DNA of 64,000 nucleotides from Bugula neritina (lineage: Eukaryota; Animalia; Bryozoa). Below are positions 1 to 13,500 of this stretch, in pieces. The stretch lies in NCBI GenBank assembly GCA_964035545.1, contig OZ037771.1, positions 6,171,190-6,235,189 on the forward strand, in the 5' to 3' direction. The stretch's first letter is position 1, and every line of letters starts with the position of its first letter. The position numbers were made by a program, and so were the translations under genes. The notes under the pieces are model-generated. The model did no database searches, was not told where the DNA came from, and was given only the letters and a program-made list of their open reading frames with translations.

Positions 1-111
1 GATGTTTTCGAAAGTTGATTGAATGTTTTGTGTGTAACACGTAGACTGGATTATGATTGGTTGATTACATTTTGTGTGTATACAACTAAAATGTGCCATT
101 GAAATCCACAG

Positions 112-788
112 GCTCATCTCAAAGGTTATCTAAAAGCTGTTGAAGCCAAGATGAAAGAAAATGGAAAGAGTGAAGAAGCCATAGCAAACTTCAAAACAAA
201 TGCAACTGCACATGCTAAAAAAATAGTCAAAAACATTTCAGAAATGGAAGTATTTACTGGTAAGTTGTCTTTGTATTGTAGCTAAATTTATATTATTTCT
301 TCCTGAATGGCTTTACTTAAATAAATGCTCCACTGTCATATTCTGCTGACTATTTCCCAGGGCTAACACAGTAACTCGTGAAGTACCTATTCTTCTTAGA
401 CTGAATGTTAAAAGTTTTCACATTGCTTACTACTACAAACTTGTATATACAACAAGCTGTGTATGGTGAACGCTGTCCTTATATAATAATCAAGCCCCAA
501 TAGATATTAACCCAGGCATGGTGTAAATACAGATGTCATTAAATGTATTGCTACAACTCTTATTCAATGAATATCAAAGTTGGTGTCGGAAAGATTTCAG
601 ATATAACTTATGGAATGACAACTTCGAACTGTTTCTTATTAAAATATATATTTTAAAGACATTCTGCCTTTGTTTCAGGAGAGTCCACAAATCCTGACGG
701 CATGCAGGTTTTGATTGATTACCGTGAAGATGGTATTACACCTTTCGCTATCTTCTTTGAGGAAGGACTGGAGGCTGAAAAGGCATAA
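112..788 (+). CDS. TPT1: Translationally controlled tumour protein (TCTP), last two coding exons; 5' part lies upstream of the window
   Basis: Exons 112-259 and 679-788 are joined by a GT-AG intron and give [85 protein letters not shown]. This matches the TCTP C-terminal signature (FxGESMxPDGMV..DYREDGxTP..FFK.GL..EK). AATAAA at 959-964. Confidence 0.95.
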
Positions 789-1506
789 ACACAACTTTTC
801 ATTGGTCTAATGCTCTCTGTGGGGTACCGAATGCTTTTAAAATCTGAACAGTATCATTGTGCAATGAACCAAACCTATTTGCTTGTGCCACTTAAACTAC
901 TTCAATGCAGAATGTGTCTTTTATTTATTGGAGCCTTTTTAATTTTATAAATTGTACCAATAAAATTCTTTAGGTTACATTCTTAACTAGCTGTATTTCA
1001 TATTTGATAGGGTGTGTGAAAATAAAGGGTTTGCTTTATATATATAATAGAAAATTCACTATATATGTGTAAAAATGAAAACATAAGTTAGAGATGTTCA
1101 AAAGCAAGTTTCTACCTCACAATAATTCTTATCTAAATCAGGTTTGCTGTTCTTGGTTTGATACTGGGAAAAGAACATGACTAGTCTATGAAGTACAATT
1201 TAAGAAATAATATACATGTTGATGGGTGCTGTAATTGTTGCATTAAACTGCCTTGATGCCTCAATGTAGTCCATAAATATGTATGGGATTGTGACATTTA
1301 TTACTCATTTAAAACTTTTGGTAATGAACAGCCTTTCAAAACATCAGTTGCACTATATTATATTGATGATTAGTTTGCAAAGAAATACAAAAACTAAATA
1401 AGAAACAATTTTTGTATAAAGAGATAGTTGTTATATAACAAAATATTTAAAATTTAAGGATAAATAAAAATGGTGTATTTTATTTTCGTACAGACGGTAG
1501 CCATAT

Positions 1507-4500
1507 TTACTCGAAAGGAGATAGAAGTTTCTGAGTATCTTCAGACTGCCGGCCCATCTGTTTATAAAAGTAAAATGGGTTTCTGGACTACAATACAAAT
1601 AAAATCATTGCTTAGCATATAATATAAATTATAATTTTAGATGGTAACGCTGCTGATATATCACTATCGAAACATGTATTACAGCTGCACTTGATTGTAT
1701 TGCTTGAGCTGTTCACACATATTTAGCTTGCTCAATAAAACTTCAGTAATCACATTTAGAACAAGAAGTCTTGCTGAAACTATTTTGTTACAGAACTTAT
1801 CTGAGTTTTCCAGTCTACAGCAATCAGAAGTAAAATATCTTGACTAGACTTTTTATAGTTCTAGATTTTATAAGAAAATTAAACAAACATCAATAAAAGT
1901 TTTTGTCAACAGAGTGGAGATGTGAGACTTACTAGTATTTATTGTGATAAGGCTGTGGATACCAGCAAAACATTTAAATGACAATTTTCTTACTTTTTAC
2001 TAACAAAAATAAAATTTACAGCAAACTTTACAGAGTTGCTTATATACAATCTTGCATTAGTATTCTCTCAAATTTGAGTGCAAAGTAATGCAATACAATT
2101 GAATCTATTACAAATGGCTATATAAATATGCTTTACAGCATGAAGGAAAAAATATTTTTTATATCCATGGCTCCAGTGAAAATACTGTTCACTTTATTAC
2201 ACATCAATGGCCTACTATGCAATTTTCCATGGCAGGATAATATTATTTAAATATAGGTTTATTAACTTGTCAAGTTTGTTACAGATAACCTACTTCATTA
2301 TGGTCATTTGGGGCATTACAAGGTTGAATATAAACTAACAACTCTTAAATATTTTGTATAAGTAAGCTTTTCTTACCATTTAAAAATATTATAAATTGTT
2401 CATGTTTGCCTTTCTTTAATGTTAAAACACAGCTGCTGCTGTTATTAAGACTTTTTAAGTAAAAACCAACTATTCCAAAAGTTTTATTAAATTATTTAAG
2501 ACGCTATCAATTTTGACAAGTTGTCTAGAATTATTTAGTATGCAAAATACCACAAGCACATAGTAGAGGTTGAGTAGCCATATTGCTTTGTTCAACAGGT
2601 AATAATGATAATTAAAAGGTTTGTTATAAGAAACTCAATACCTTAGATCTGGGCGCGTCTGTATGCCTGCTTCGAGTGTGCTCTGTGCTCCAAGTATCTT
2701 TCCTCTTTCTACAACAGACCAGCAGCTAACTATCAATTTGAAACAGAAACAACATATGGCAATGAGTAAGATATTGCTAAATACACCTCTCTAGATTTGT
2801 ATGGGTATCAAGAAGAAGAAACATGTTATTAGAGTTTATAAGAGTGTGTCTTGTGTGCACAATACTGCTATTACATAATAAGTTAATTTTTATTAGCGAT
2901 TTATCTCCAATGTTTGTTTTTATTCCAAAAATAAAGTTGAAAGTTTAATATCAGCAGGTGTTAATAATGACAGGCTAAAATCCCGATGAAGAGTGAATAC
3001 AGCAGTTTTACTTGGCCACTCAAAAAATTTCCGCAGTGCTAAGGCACAATGCAAATTGATATCTCTACTGGCATCCATTTAAATACACTAAAAGTGATTC
3101 CATGGCTTTCCAAAGGCACCATGTCTTAACTAAGTACATAAATTATTTGAGATTTTCCTTCTGATGAAAACTCTGTGCTTCTTCCAGCTTAACCAATAGT
3201 AGCCTATACGTGAATAACTTTAATATACTAAATAAATGGACACACTACTAGACAACCTAACTCTTTATCAATAAGACAAAAAGTTGTAGCAAGTCACAAT
3301 GGGTCGATTCGAGGCCTTTTAACTATTATACTGCCCATTTTAAATCTACCAGACAGAATTCTTAGAAAACTAATATGAATAATTTGTTGCAGCCAGCCAG
3401 TTTTGTTTTGCCTGGTTTTGGCTGCCCAAGACCACATGACTTCTAATTACAAGTTATACAGACTAAGGTCTTACGAGACTGACCTATCAAGGAAAAAGGC
3501 AATGATGACGCCAACTATTAGTAAGAGAACTGCTCCTGCTCCTGAGACAGCAGCAATAACGGAGCCCGGCAGCACCTGATGATGTGATATATCTGCAAGA
3601 GAAAAGGAAAAACAGTAAGCAATTGCAGCTGCCCAACTCTGCTAGCATAGCGCCGTGACAGCTCACACTGAACTCTAGTATAGAAGCTTCGACATTTTTG
3701 TCTTGTTTTCATATATTTTACTGTCAAATGAAGATTAAAAGTAATAAATATAATTTAGGTAAAAATAGTTTAGTTACCAACGATTACTATAGCATTCTTA
3801 GCTCATGCTTATTTTCCCAGTGGTTTACCAACAATTTAAGCACTGCAGGTACAGCGGGAATACTAAATTGTAGAGAAGACATCTAACTACTTAGTGAGTT
3901 ACACCTGGGTTAGGGAAGACAATTACTAAATAGGCTTTTTCTGAGTTTAAATAAGCCAACTATAGGTTTTCCATGGGTTTAGAGAAGACAACTACTATAT
4001 AGGTTATACATGGGTTTAGAGAAGACAACTATTTTCTAGGTTATACTTGGGTTTAGAGAAGAAAACTACTATATAGAATAAACCTGGGTTTAGAAAAGAC
4101 AACTACTATATAAGTTATACCTGGGTTTGAGTCCAGCAGTTCACAGACAGACCCCGAGGCGTACTCAGGACATCTGCACTCAAACTTGCCAATCTTGTCT
4201 ATGCAGGCTCCACCATTGTAGCAAGGGTGATTTGCACACTCATCTATATCCACCTCACACAATACCCCCTTGTACCCCTTCTCACAGATACAGTTGAAAC
4301 TCTCACCTTCATCTACACACCTGGAGACGAGAAGATGCACAGTAATAATAGTATAGTATGAATGGTATTACTACTGAAGTCGTGGATTGGAACCAATGGC
4401 CTTCACCTATTGGTGATGTTAAGAAGAGCATCCAGTCATAATTGCTCCTGTGCCACATATGAATAAGTCCTTAGCTCACTTTAAAAAACCCTTCTGTAAA

Positions 4501-7500
4501 GTTTTTCTTTACAGAAGGGTTTTTTCTATACAGCTGAGTCAAGCTAGCTTTGAAATTGAGTTAGTAACCAAAACCAGTGGCGGAAAAGGTGCAAACCCCA
4601 GCCCAGGTGAAGTGCAGTCCCCAAGCCCAGTCTAGTGCAAGGAAAATTATACACCTTCCATCAGGGGTTCTCACAGAGATGGCGACTATAAGCTTGCGTG
4701 AGTTTATAGATAGTATGAATACCTCACATTATACACACATATTGCGTATTGAAGACAAGATCAGACATTCTATGAGTAGCATGTACTAAATTTAGAATTT
4801 ATGTTGTGTCAATAGTTTATATTATATAACAGATGATAATAACTACTTAAATTGGTGCTAAGGTATTATTAAGGCATGTATTACACAAAAAATTGTTCCA
4901 TTACTTTGCCCACACATAGAATAGCATGTATTATATGTGACCTAAAAGAAACATGTAGAAAGCTGAGAAACCTACTTTCCATGCATGCAGGGTGAGCTTT
5001 TACATGATTGGACAGACTTCTGACAGAAGACACCGTAATATTTCTCGTTGCATTCGCAGGTGAACCTGTTGACCTGGTTGATGCACACCCCGTCATTACG
5101 ACAGGGCTGACTAGCACACTCATCCACGTCATCCTCACACAGGTCACCATGGAAACCTGCAATACTTTACTAGAAGTTATTGTGAAAACGTTGAAGCAAG
5201 GTCAGGTGCTCACAGGTGCTTTGAAACTAAAACCTGTCTGAAATAAGCTTTTAATTGATTTCTTCAATGCTCATTATACTAAATTACTAGAGTGGGATCC
5301 TATAACTTGTAGGACAAAGTAAACTGTTGCAGACATCCTTTGTAGCCAGTATATTTTGCTGCAGATATATATTGTGCGTGTATGTAGTTAGGCTCACCTT
5401 CTCTGCAGACACACTCAAAATCTCCATTCCCTGCATCTACACAGTCAGCCCCATTCTTGCACAAAGCACTTCTACATGATTGTATTTCTTGTTCGCAATG
5501 CTTCCCACGGAAGTGGTGAGGACATTCGCACTTGTATGTATCTTCTAGTGTTTTACATATGCCTGCAAATTAGAAAAGCAAACTTAATAAAATGTTTTAG
5601 GCAATGCTTGTTGCAGCGAATGAAATATCATTTCTAAACTTCCCCATTTTGAAATCCAAATAACAACTTATATAACCTCGGTGTTATTTTCACTATGTTA
5701 CTGCATATATGACCTACATAACAATACATTAGCTATTATAGTAATGAAATGTATCAAATGTCAACAGCAAAGCTTTGCACGTAGTAAAAAGAACCAAAGA
5801 ATTCAGTGAAGTGCAATAGGCGCAAAAAATATTCTCAACAAAAGTACGAGTTGTTTATTTATTATACTAAATACTTTTATTTCATGGAGCATATCATATA
5901 CTAAGTAACACAATTTATTCAAACTTGAATAATGTTTTACAGGTGGTTAGTATCTACTGCATAGACAATATATTCACCCTATGAGTATTTTATTCATAAA
6001 TCAATATGACAAGTGGCCTAGCCGAAAGTTTGAACATAACGTCCCAGTGCTTCAAGCATAGAAGCTGTGAAGGGAGAAAGTGAAAAAGAAGTTAACAAAG
6101 GAAAGGTTCACAAAGGAAAGGGGCAGATAATGATGTACCTCCATTTTCACATGGATCCTCAACACACATGATGTTGTTCTGGCAATGGTGGCCATCCCAA
6201 CCCGTGGCACACTCACATTGGTAGGCATTAATCAAATCAACACACTTGGCATTGTGCTTGCAGGGATCACTATCGCATTCATCTACATTGATGTGACAAT
6301 GATGTCCCACAAACCCTATAAATATAGCATATTTGAGAAGATGACAGAGAAGATGAGAAACAATACTAACTGTTATTAGAGAACTTTAACTAGTTGGTGT
6401 AAAATACCAAACTTGTAAACGTGTATCTGAATATAGCCATTTATATTACAGTCACACACTAACCTGGCGGGCAAATACAAACGTATCCGTCTATTTTATC
6501 ATGGCACACTCCTTCATGTTCACAAGGTCCACTGGCACACTCATTACTGTTTATTTCACAAAACACACCAGCAAATCCTGGCATACATTCACAAGAATGT
6601 CCGTTAACCTAAAGTAAACAGCAACACAGTAGCAAGGCATAACATCTTGTATAGTAACAAGTTGTTGTGGTTGTACGAGTTGAGAGGAGTTGCATAAGCT
6701 GACCTGGTCCACACACACAGCGCCGTTGAGACAGGGGCTGCTCTCACACTCATCTACTTCCTGTTCGCAGTGAAGTCCCTCATAGCCAGCTAAACACTCA
6801 CAGCTGTACTCGTTAACATCGTCAATGCACTTGGCCTACAGAGAGCACATTCTAAGATAGAAAAAAGAGTAAACACACAACATTTCAATATAGAAGACGA
6901 TGTATTAATGCTGAGAATAATCTATCGGTTATTTAAGCAATACCACACTAACAGAAAACTTCTTCAAAAGTAGGTTAGGCATAGGCAGCATTGCATTGTC
7001 TTGCAAAAATCAAACATGCTTTTCTTAACCGTATTTCGTTCTTTAAAGCAAAAAGTACAGAAATATTTGTAAAACTACAGTTTGCGCAAAAGACAGTTTT
7101 ATTTCATAGTAATTTAGGCATAATAAACAACATTGTAATGAGGAGTTGTGGCACCTTGTTGAGACAAGGTTCACTCCTGCATTCATCAATATTGTGGTGA
7201 CAAGTAACGCCATCGTATCCGGGAGCACAGTGGCAGAGAAAAGCGTTAATCAGATCTGCACAGATACCATGGTTCTCACAAGGCAAGGAGTAGCACTCAT
7301 TGATGTTCACCTCACAACGTAAGCCTTCAAACCCTTTTTCACACTCACATGTGTATGAATCTACCTGCAACATAGTGTCACATGTGTATGAGTACCTGTA
7401 ACATAGTGTCACATGTGTATGAGTACCTGTAACATAGTGTCACATGTGTATGAGTCTACCTGTAACATAGTTTTATCAGCAGAGTTTGGAAATTACTGGA

Positions 7501-10500
7501 CACTACATAAGAGGAAAAAAGAGAGAGAAACTCCTTAATTGTATTTTTGTTTAACATATTAATTTAAGAATGTGAATTTAAACTAGATTATCAGAAAGAC
7601 AACATTTTTACCAACATACACACATACAAATTTATCGAGTAATCTCATTGCTTAAATTATAATATAACAACATCGAAAACTTGTTCAAACATTTTACTCA
7701 AGTGTCAAGTTATTTTGACCAAGTGAGTCTGTATCTTTATTCAGAAGTTGTGTTGTTTCATACTGACTATTGGGTACCTTATCTATACATTTAGAGTTGT
7801 GTTCACATGGCAAACTGACGCACTCATCGATATCTATCTCACAGTTGAGTCCTTCAAACCCATCGGCACATTCACAGATGTACATGTCAGTGGAATCAAT
7901 GCAATGAGCTTCGTTGAAACAGGGTGTGCTAGAGCATTCATCTATATCATCCTCACACACTCGGCCCTGCAACAGTGTGAAATCAAACCACAAATGGTAC
8001 TTTATTCAAGTTGAGTTCATCTGTTTGTCTTTATTCACTGCTGATATATATTACTCGCTGTAAACACTCTGAAAATATTTGTATATTTGTGTCCAGCACT
8101 ACAGTTTTGGCAGTACCCCTAATGATGTTCGTGATATTTGTCAGTTTAACATACAGAAAAATACTAGTAAAATCTTCACAAAAGTGAATAACCAGAAACT
8201 GAAATTACCCGATGTTATTGCAATGGAAGAGGCAAAAAGCTTTGGTATTGGACCTTTTTAGTGTTACAAAAAATAACATACACATGTCTTTCATAAGAAA
8301 TGACAAATTGTATATGCCACTGGGAATTGGCAAATTACACATAAAACAGTAAACTAAAATCCAACCTATATTACTAAACTCTGTACAGTTAAATTTCATT
8401 GTATAAAATGCTAGTCTCAGAAATGGAAAATTCACCGAGCCGAAAAATGTCATGAAATGAATAACCTCCGCACTCTTAAATATGGTTGACTGAAAGTTAC
8501 CTGTAAACCTCTCACCAGGACTTACCATAAATCCAGCTGCACACTCGCAGGTAAACTGGTTCACCTCATCTATGCAGAGTCCATCATTCAAACAAGGGTT
8601 GCTGGCACATTCATCTATATTTATCTCACACTCCTGACCTACAAATGAGCAATCAATCAAATTGATATAGAAAATACAGTAAACAAACTTCTGCTTTCTT
8701 AACGTGTTTCGTGAAAAACTAGGCTCAAAAGAAATGTAACCCTTTTAAATATTGTGTTTTAATGCAGGCTTTGAAGTTAAAGCTAATAGTTGGAATCCAG
8801 ATATGATAAACTTGTTAAAGAGGTTATGACCTTTAAACTTCAATTAGAGTTTAAAGGTCATAACTCCATCATAAATTTAATTTCAATTCACTAATACAAC
8901 AAGCAAACCATGAATAATATTCTACAGTAAAAGTTGATACTAAATAAAAAGAATAACAGGAGTAATCTGAGTTGTGAATTCAAACTCATTATTTCACATA
9001 CCAACGAATCCAGCAGCACATTTACAGCTGTACTCATCAACACCGTCTATACAAACGGCGTCGTTACTGCAAGGTGCACTATCGCATTCATCCACATCTA
9101 CCTCACAGTTATACCCTTCGTAGCCAGCAGAGCATTGGCAGGCGTACGAGTCAATGCCATCCATACACTGGCCACCATTTGCACACGGCCATGATGAACA
9201 TTCATTCACATTGAGCTCACAGTGAATTCCTAAAATATAGGATATATCAAGAGTGCAATGCAAATGGCACAAAATAGAGTTCACCAAACCTAAATGGCTG
9301 TATTATGTTATTCGTTGTGCTTTACATTAAATTAGAAAATGAGCATAGAAAAACCCAGACATTAATTGTTATACAAATGAGGCTCAACGGCAGAGAGAAA
9401 CACTTACAATGAAAACTACATAGTAACTAGTTTGTGATGAAACATCAAGACTCTCAAAGAATTCAAGCATTGACTATTTAACCAACAGTGTGCTACTGGC
9501 CAACAATTATTTTATAGAAATATTCTAAATTCAAATGACGTTCTATGATGTATTACTGCATGCTGAGCCAGTCAGTATGTAAACGCCCTACCAGCAGCTG
9601 TTAAGTTCTCCGACAAAACAGACACACTGTGATAATGATATGGTATAGTTGAAGGTCTGATTGTCAGATTACAAGAGCTATTAGAGTGACAGTATTTTAA
9701 AAACAACCTTATCACAGCATAAGATTTACTGTGAGTAACAGAAGTAGGTGCAGTAATGGAGAACCTGAGAAAAGCTTGTGTTTTAGATTATAAATGTAAT
9801 AAAAGAAGTTATGTTCCCGTGAGGATTACAACCAGTAGCCCCAAATTAAATTTTTTTAAGAAAATAAAAAAATTTAGGCTATAAAAATTTCCCAACTACA
9901 CCACATAAATGTAATAAGCAATATACTCTTGCACTGGTTTTAGGTGATAATTGTAAGCTAAATAGTGAATAGATTACACCTTGGCACAGTAAGGAGTACA
10001 TGATTCATAGTGGACAGGTAAAGAAATAAAACTTATTCACAAAACAACCTTCAAATCCAGGAAGGCACACACACTTCCATTCATTGATGCCATCTTTACA
10101 CAACGCTTCATTCATGCAGGGGTGACTGTGACACTCGTCTATGTCATGCTGACAGTGTATTCCTTCAAAGCCAGGCTCACAGTGACATATATACCCATCT
10201 ACCTGTATAACAGACACTATATACTTGTATAACAGATACTGTCTACCTGTATAACAGATACTTTCTACTTGTATAACAGACACTATCTACCTGTATAACA
10301 GATACTATTTACCTGTATAACAGATACTATCTACCTGTATAACATATACTATCTACCTGTATGACAGATACTATATACCTGTATAACAATGAACTCAAAC
10401 CAGAAGAATTTATCAAACTGCAAGAACACAACAACAAAAAATTCCACTTCTTTAAAAAGTTCCAACAGAGAATGAGTTACCATGTCTTCACAAGAAGCTG

Positions 10501-13500
10501 CGTTGTAACAGGGGCCACTCTCACACTCGTTAATGTTCTCCTGTAAGAAATTAGAGCTATATTAAAATTACAAGAAACAGCTTCACTGCTAAAATTCTAA
10601 GGTTTAATCAAATGAAAATACAATTACTACTCACAGTAAAAACTTTAAATTAGTTGACTTACATATAAAGCTCTCCATGACATGCAAGAGAGATTACAAC
10701 TCACTCAGCTAGCACATAGAGATAAACAAGGTAATAAACTATGAAACATGTTACCTGACAGTGAGTGCCTTGGAATCCCGGCAGACAGTTACACTGGTAG
10801 CCGTTTACACCGTCTAAGCAGAGGCCACCATTTTGACACGGATGTGATGAGCACTCGTCAATATTGATAGAGCAGAGAGAGCCTTTAAAGCCAGCCTCAC
10901 AGTTGCAGTGAAACTCAGCCACCTGGGAATTTAGAAATACAGTGCTCTTTCCATATCTCACTAAGTTACGGGTCTCGAAACCTCAAATCGTGACATAGTA
11001 AAATACCAGATTTAACAAATGGATCCGTTAAATTCGTTCATTTTGTCCCTACACATACATTATAAGCCACAAAATGGGGGTCCAAGCCTTTTTTGTGAAC
11101 TATGAAATTTCATGAGAAATGGATCAGTGAGATATGAAGGGAGCATTGTAATGTGAAACTGCACAGCATTCCATAGGCAACATATGACACTATAATAATG
11201 AAGTATTGTATGCTTACACCATCGACACATGTTCCATTGTGACAGTTGACACCTTTGCAATCATCAATATTAGACTGGCAAAGAGGGCCGTGCCATCCTG
11301 CTGGACAGTCACATCTAGATTGAAGATATAGCAAAGTATAGTAGAAGCTAGACTGACATGTGAAAACAATGTCCGACAGATAAAGTTAAAGGAGACATAA
11401 AAATAATTAGAAATAAAGAAGTATTTGAGAATGAGAGTAATTAGGAAGATTGAAATACCTGAATCCATCCACCTCATCTATACAGGCAGCGCTGTTATGA
11501 CAGGGATGACTGTGACACTCATTGAAGTTGATTTGGCAGCGTTTACCAACCCAACCGGGTTTACATCTACAAGACCAGCCAGCTACCATGTCTAGACAGT
11601 CACCTGTGTGAATAAGGTAAATTATACGTGCATTGTGTACCCTATAAAATACTTAGTTTCTAAAAGATATAATATAATATAAAACTATTCCATACAAACA
11701 AAATGTTCATGCATCAAGTTTAAAAATTACAATTCTAAGCTACCAACTTTAGTGGTTCACACAATGCTCATGAAATCCAAATTTGTTTTGGCTATTCACC
11801 ATTGCAGGTCAACTTATTGCTAGAGTCATATTCATGATAGAAAGGAGAAAAGATAATAACAAGTTTATGGCACCTTCGTTGAGGCACGGCGAACTGATAC
11901 ACTCGTCAATTTCCCTCTCACAGTTCAATCCAGTGTATCCTTCCTCACATAAACAGTTGAACATGTTAACTTTATCTTCACAAGTGCCGTGGATACAGGG
12001 AGAGCTGGCACACTCATCTATGTTTGTCTCGCATGTCAAACCTTCAAACCCAGCTAAGCAGTCACATTGGAAGCCATTTACCTCATCTCTGCAAAAGCTC
12101 TAATGTAAAACACATGCTGTGAACGCACACCAAGAGAAGTACATCAGGTTGTAGTTAGATAAGCATTCAAAACTCGAGAGCAAACTCATTACATTGTGCT
12201 CCTTCCTAACTGCAAACAAACCTAAAACAGCAAACCTGCAATGTCCACCATTTTGACATGGATGCTTATTACAATCATCAAAGTTGATTTCACATCTCTC
12301 ACCAACAAAACCATTGAGGCATTCACAGTGGAAAGCGTTCACACTGTCAATACAAGTAGCCCCGTTCAAACAAGGCCCCTTGGCACAATCATCTATGTTC
12401 ACATCACACAGATCTCCGCCCCATCCTATAATAAAAATGTAGTCACATTAATAAACGAGAAAGAATGGAATTACAAGTTCCCACAGAAAGGTGTGCAGGA
12501 ACAATAATTTTTGATTAAGATCAGGTAAAAACTAATCACAGATTATCAACAAAGTGATAATTTATCACATTTTGAAAGTCGTTTTAGATTAAAAAATAAC
12601 AGGAAACATGGTACAATTGCCAGAAACCAGTTGTTGGTTTATATCCTTCTACCCTTTCTCCCCACTATTGCCTATCCTAACATTTATATATACCAAGTGA
12701 CAAAGTTATTTGAAAGAACTATACTCTGGCTAATTCTAACTATCGTGAGTGTATAAAAAAACACTATAAAATATAGCATATGTTCTTTAGTTCAAATTGT
12801 TGACATACTAAGTAAAAATTTTATATTTGCTTTTGAATAGTAGTCGTTTGCATTTATACACACCACAAGTGAGCATAGTTGATGTGTCCAAAAGACATTC
12901 CACATACCCACGTCACAATGACATCTGAATTCATTTTCCAAATCTATGCAGAGACTATTCTGAAGACAGGGCTTGGAGGAGCATTCATTGATATTCACTT
13001 CGCAGATTAAACCCGTATATCCTGGTGAGCATTGACATTTAAAGTTCTGGCTTTCACTAATGCATGTTCCCGATATGCAAGGTTCAGATTCACAAAAATC
13101 AGTTTTTTGAAGACACTGTTTGCCATAGTATCCAATTTCACACTTGCAGGAAAACTCATTTATATGATCGGTACATTTGCCTCCATTGAGACAGGGTTCG
13201 CTTTGGCATTCATCAATGTCATGTTGACATAACTCTCCAGTATAACCAGGAATACATTCACATACAAAGTTATTGAGTTGATCGACACATCTACCACTAT
13301 GTTCACAAGGAGAACTACTGCACTCATCAACTTCAACAGTGCAACGTATACCAGACCATCCTTCAGTACATTGGCATTGCCAATAATTTGGAAAATCCAA
13401 ACAAGTAGCTCCATTTTCACAGGGTTGGCTGTAGCATTCATTTACTTCTTGATCACATTGAATGCCACCCCATCCATCAGAGCAAGAACATGTGAAAGAG

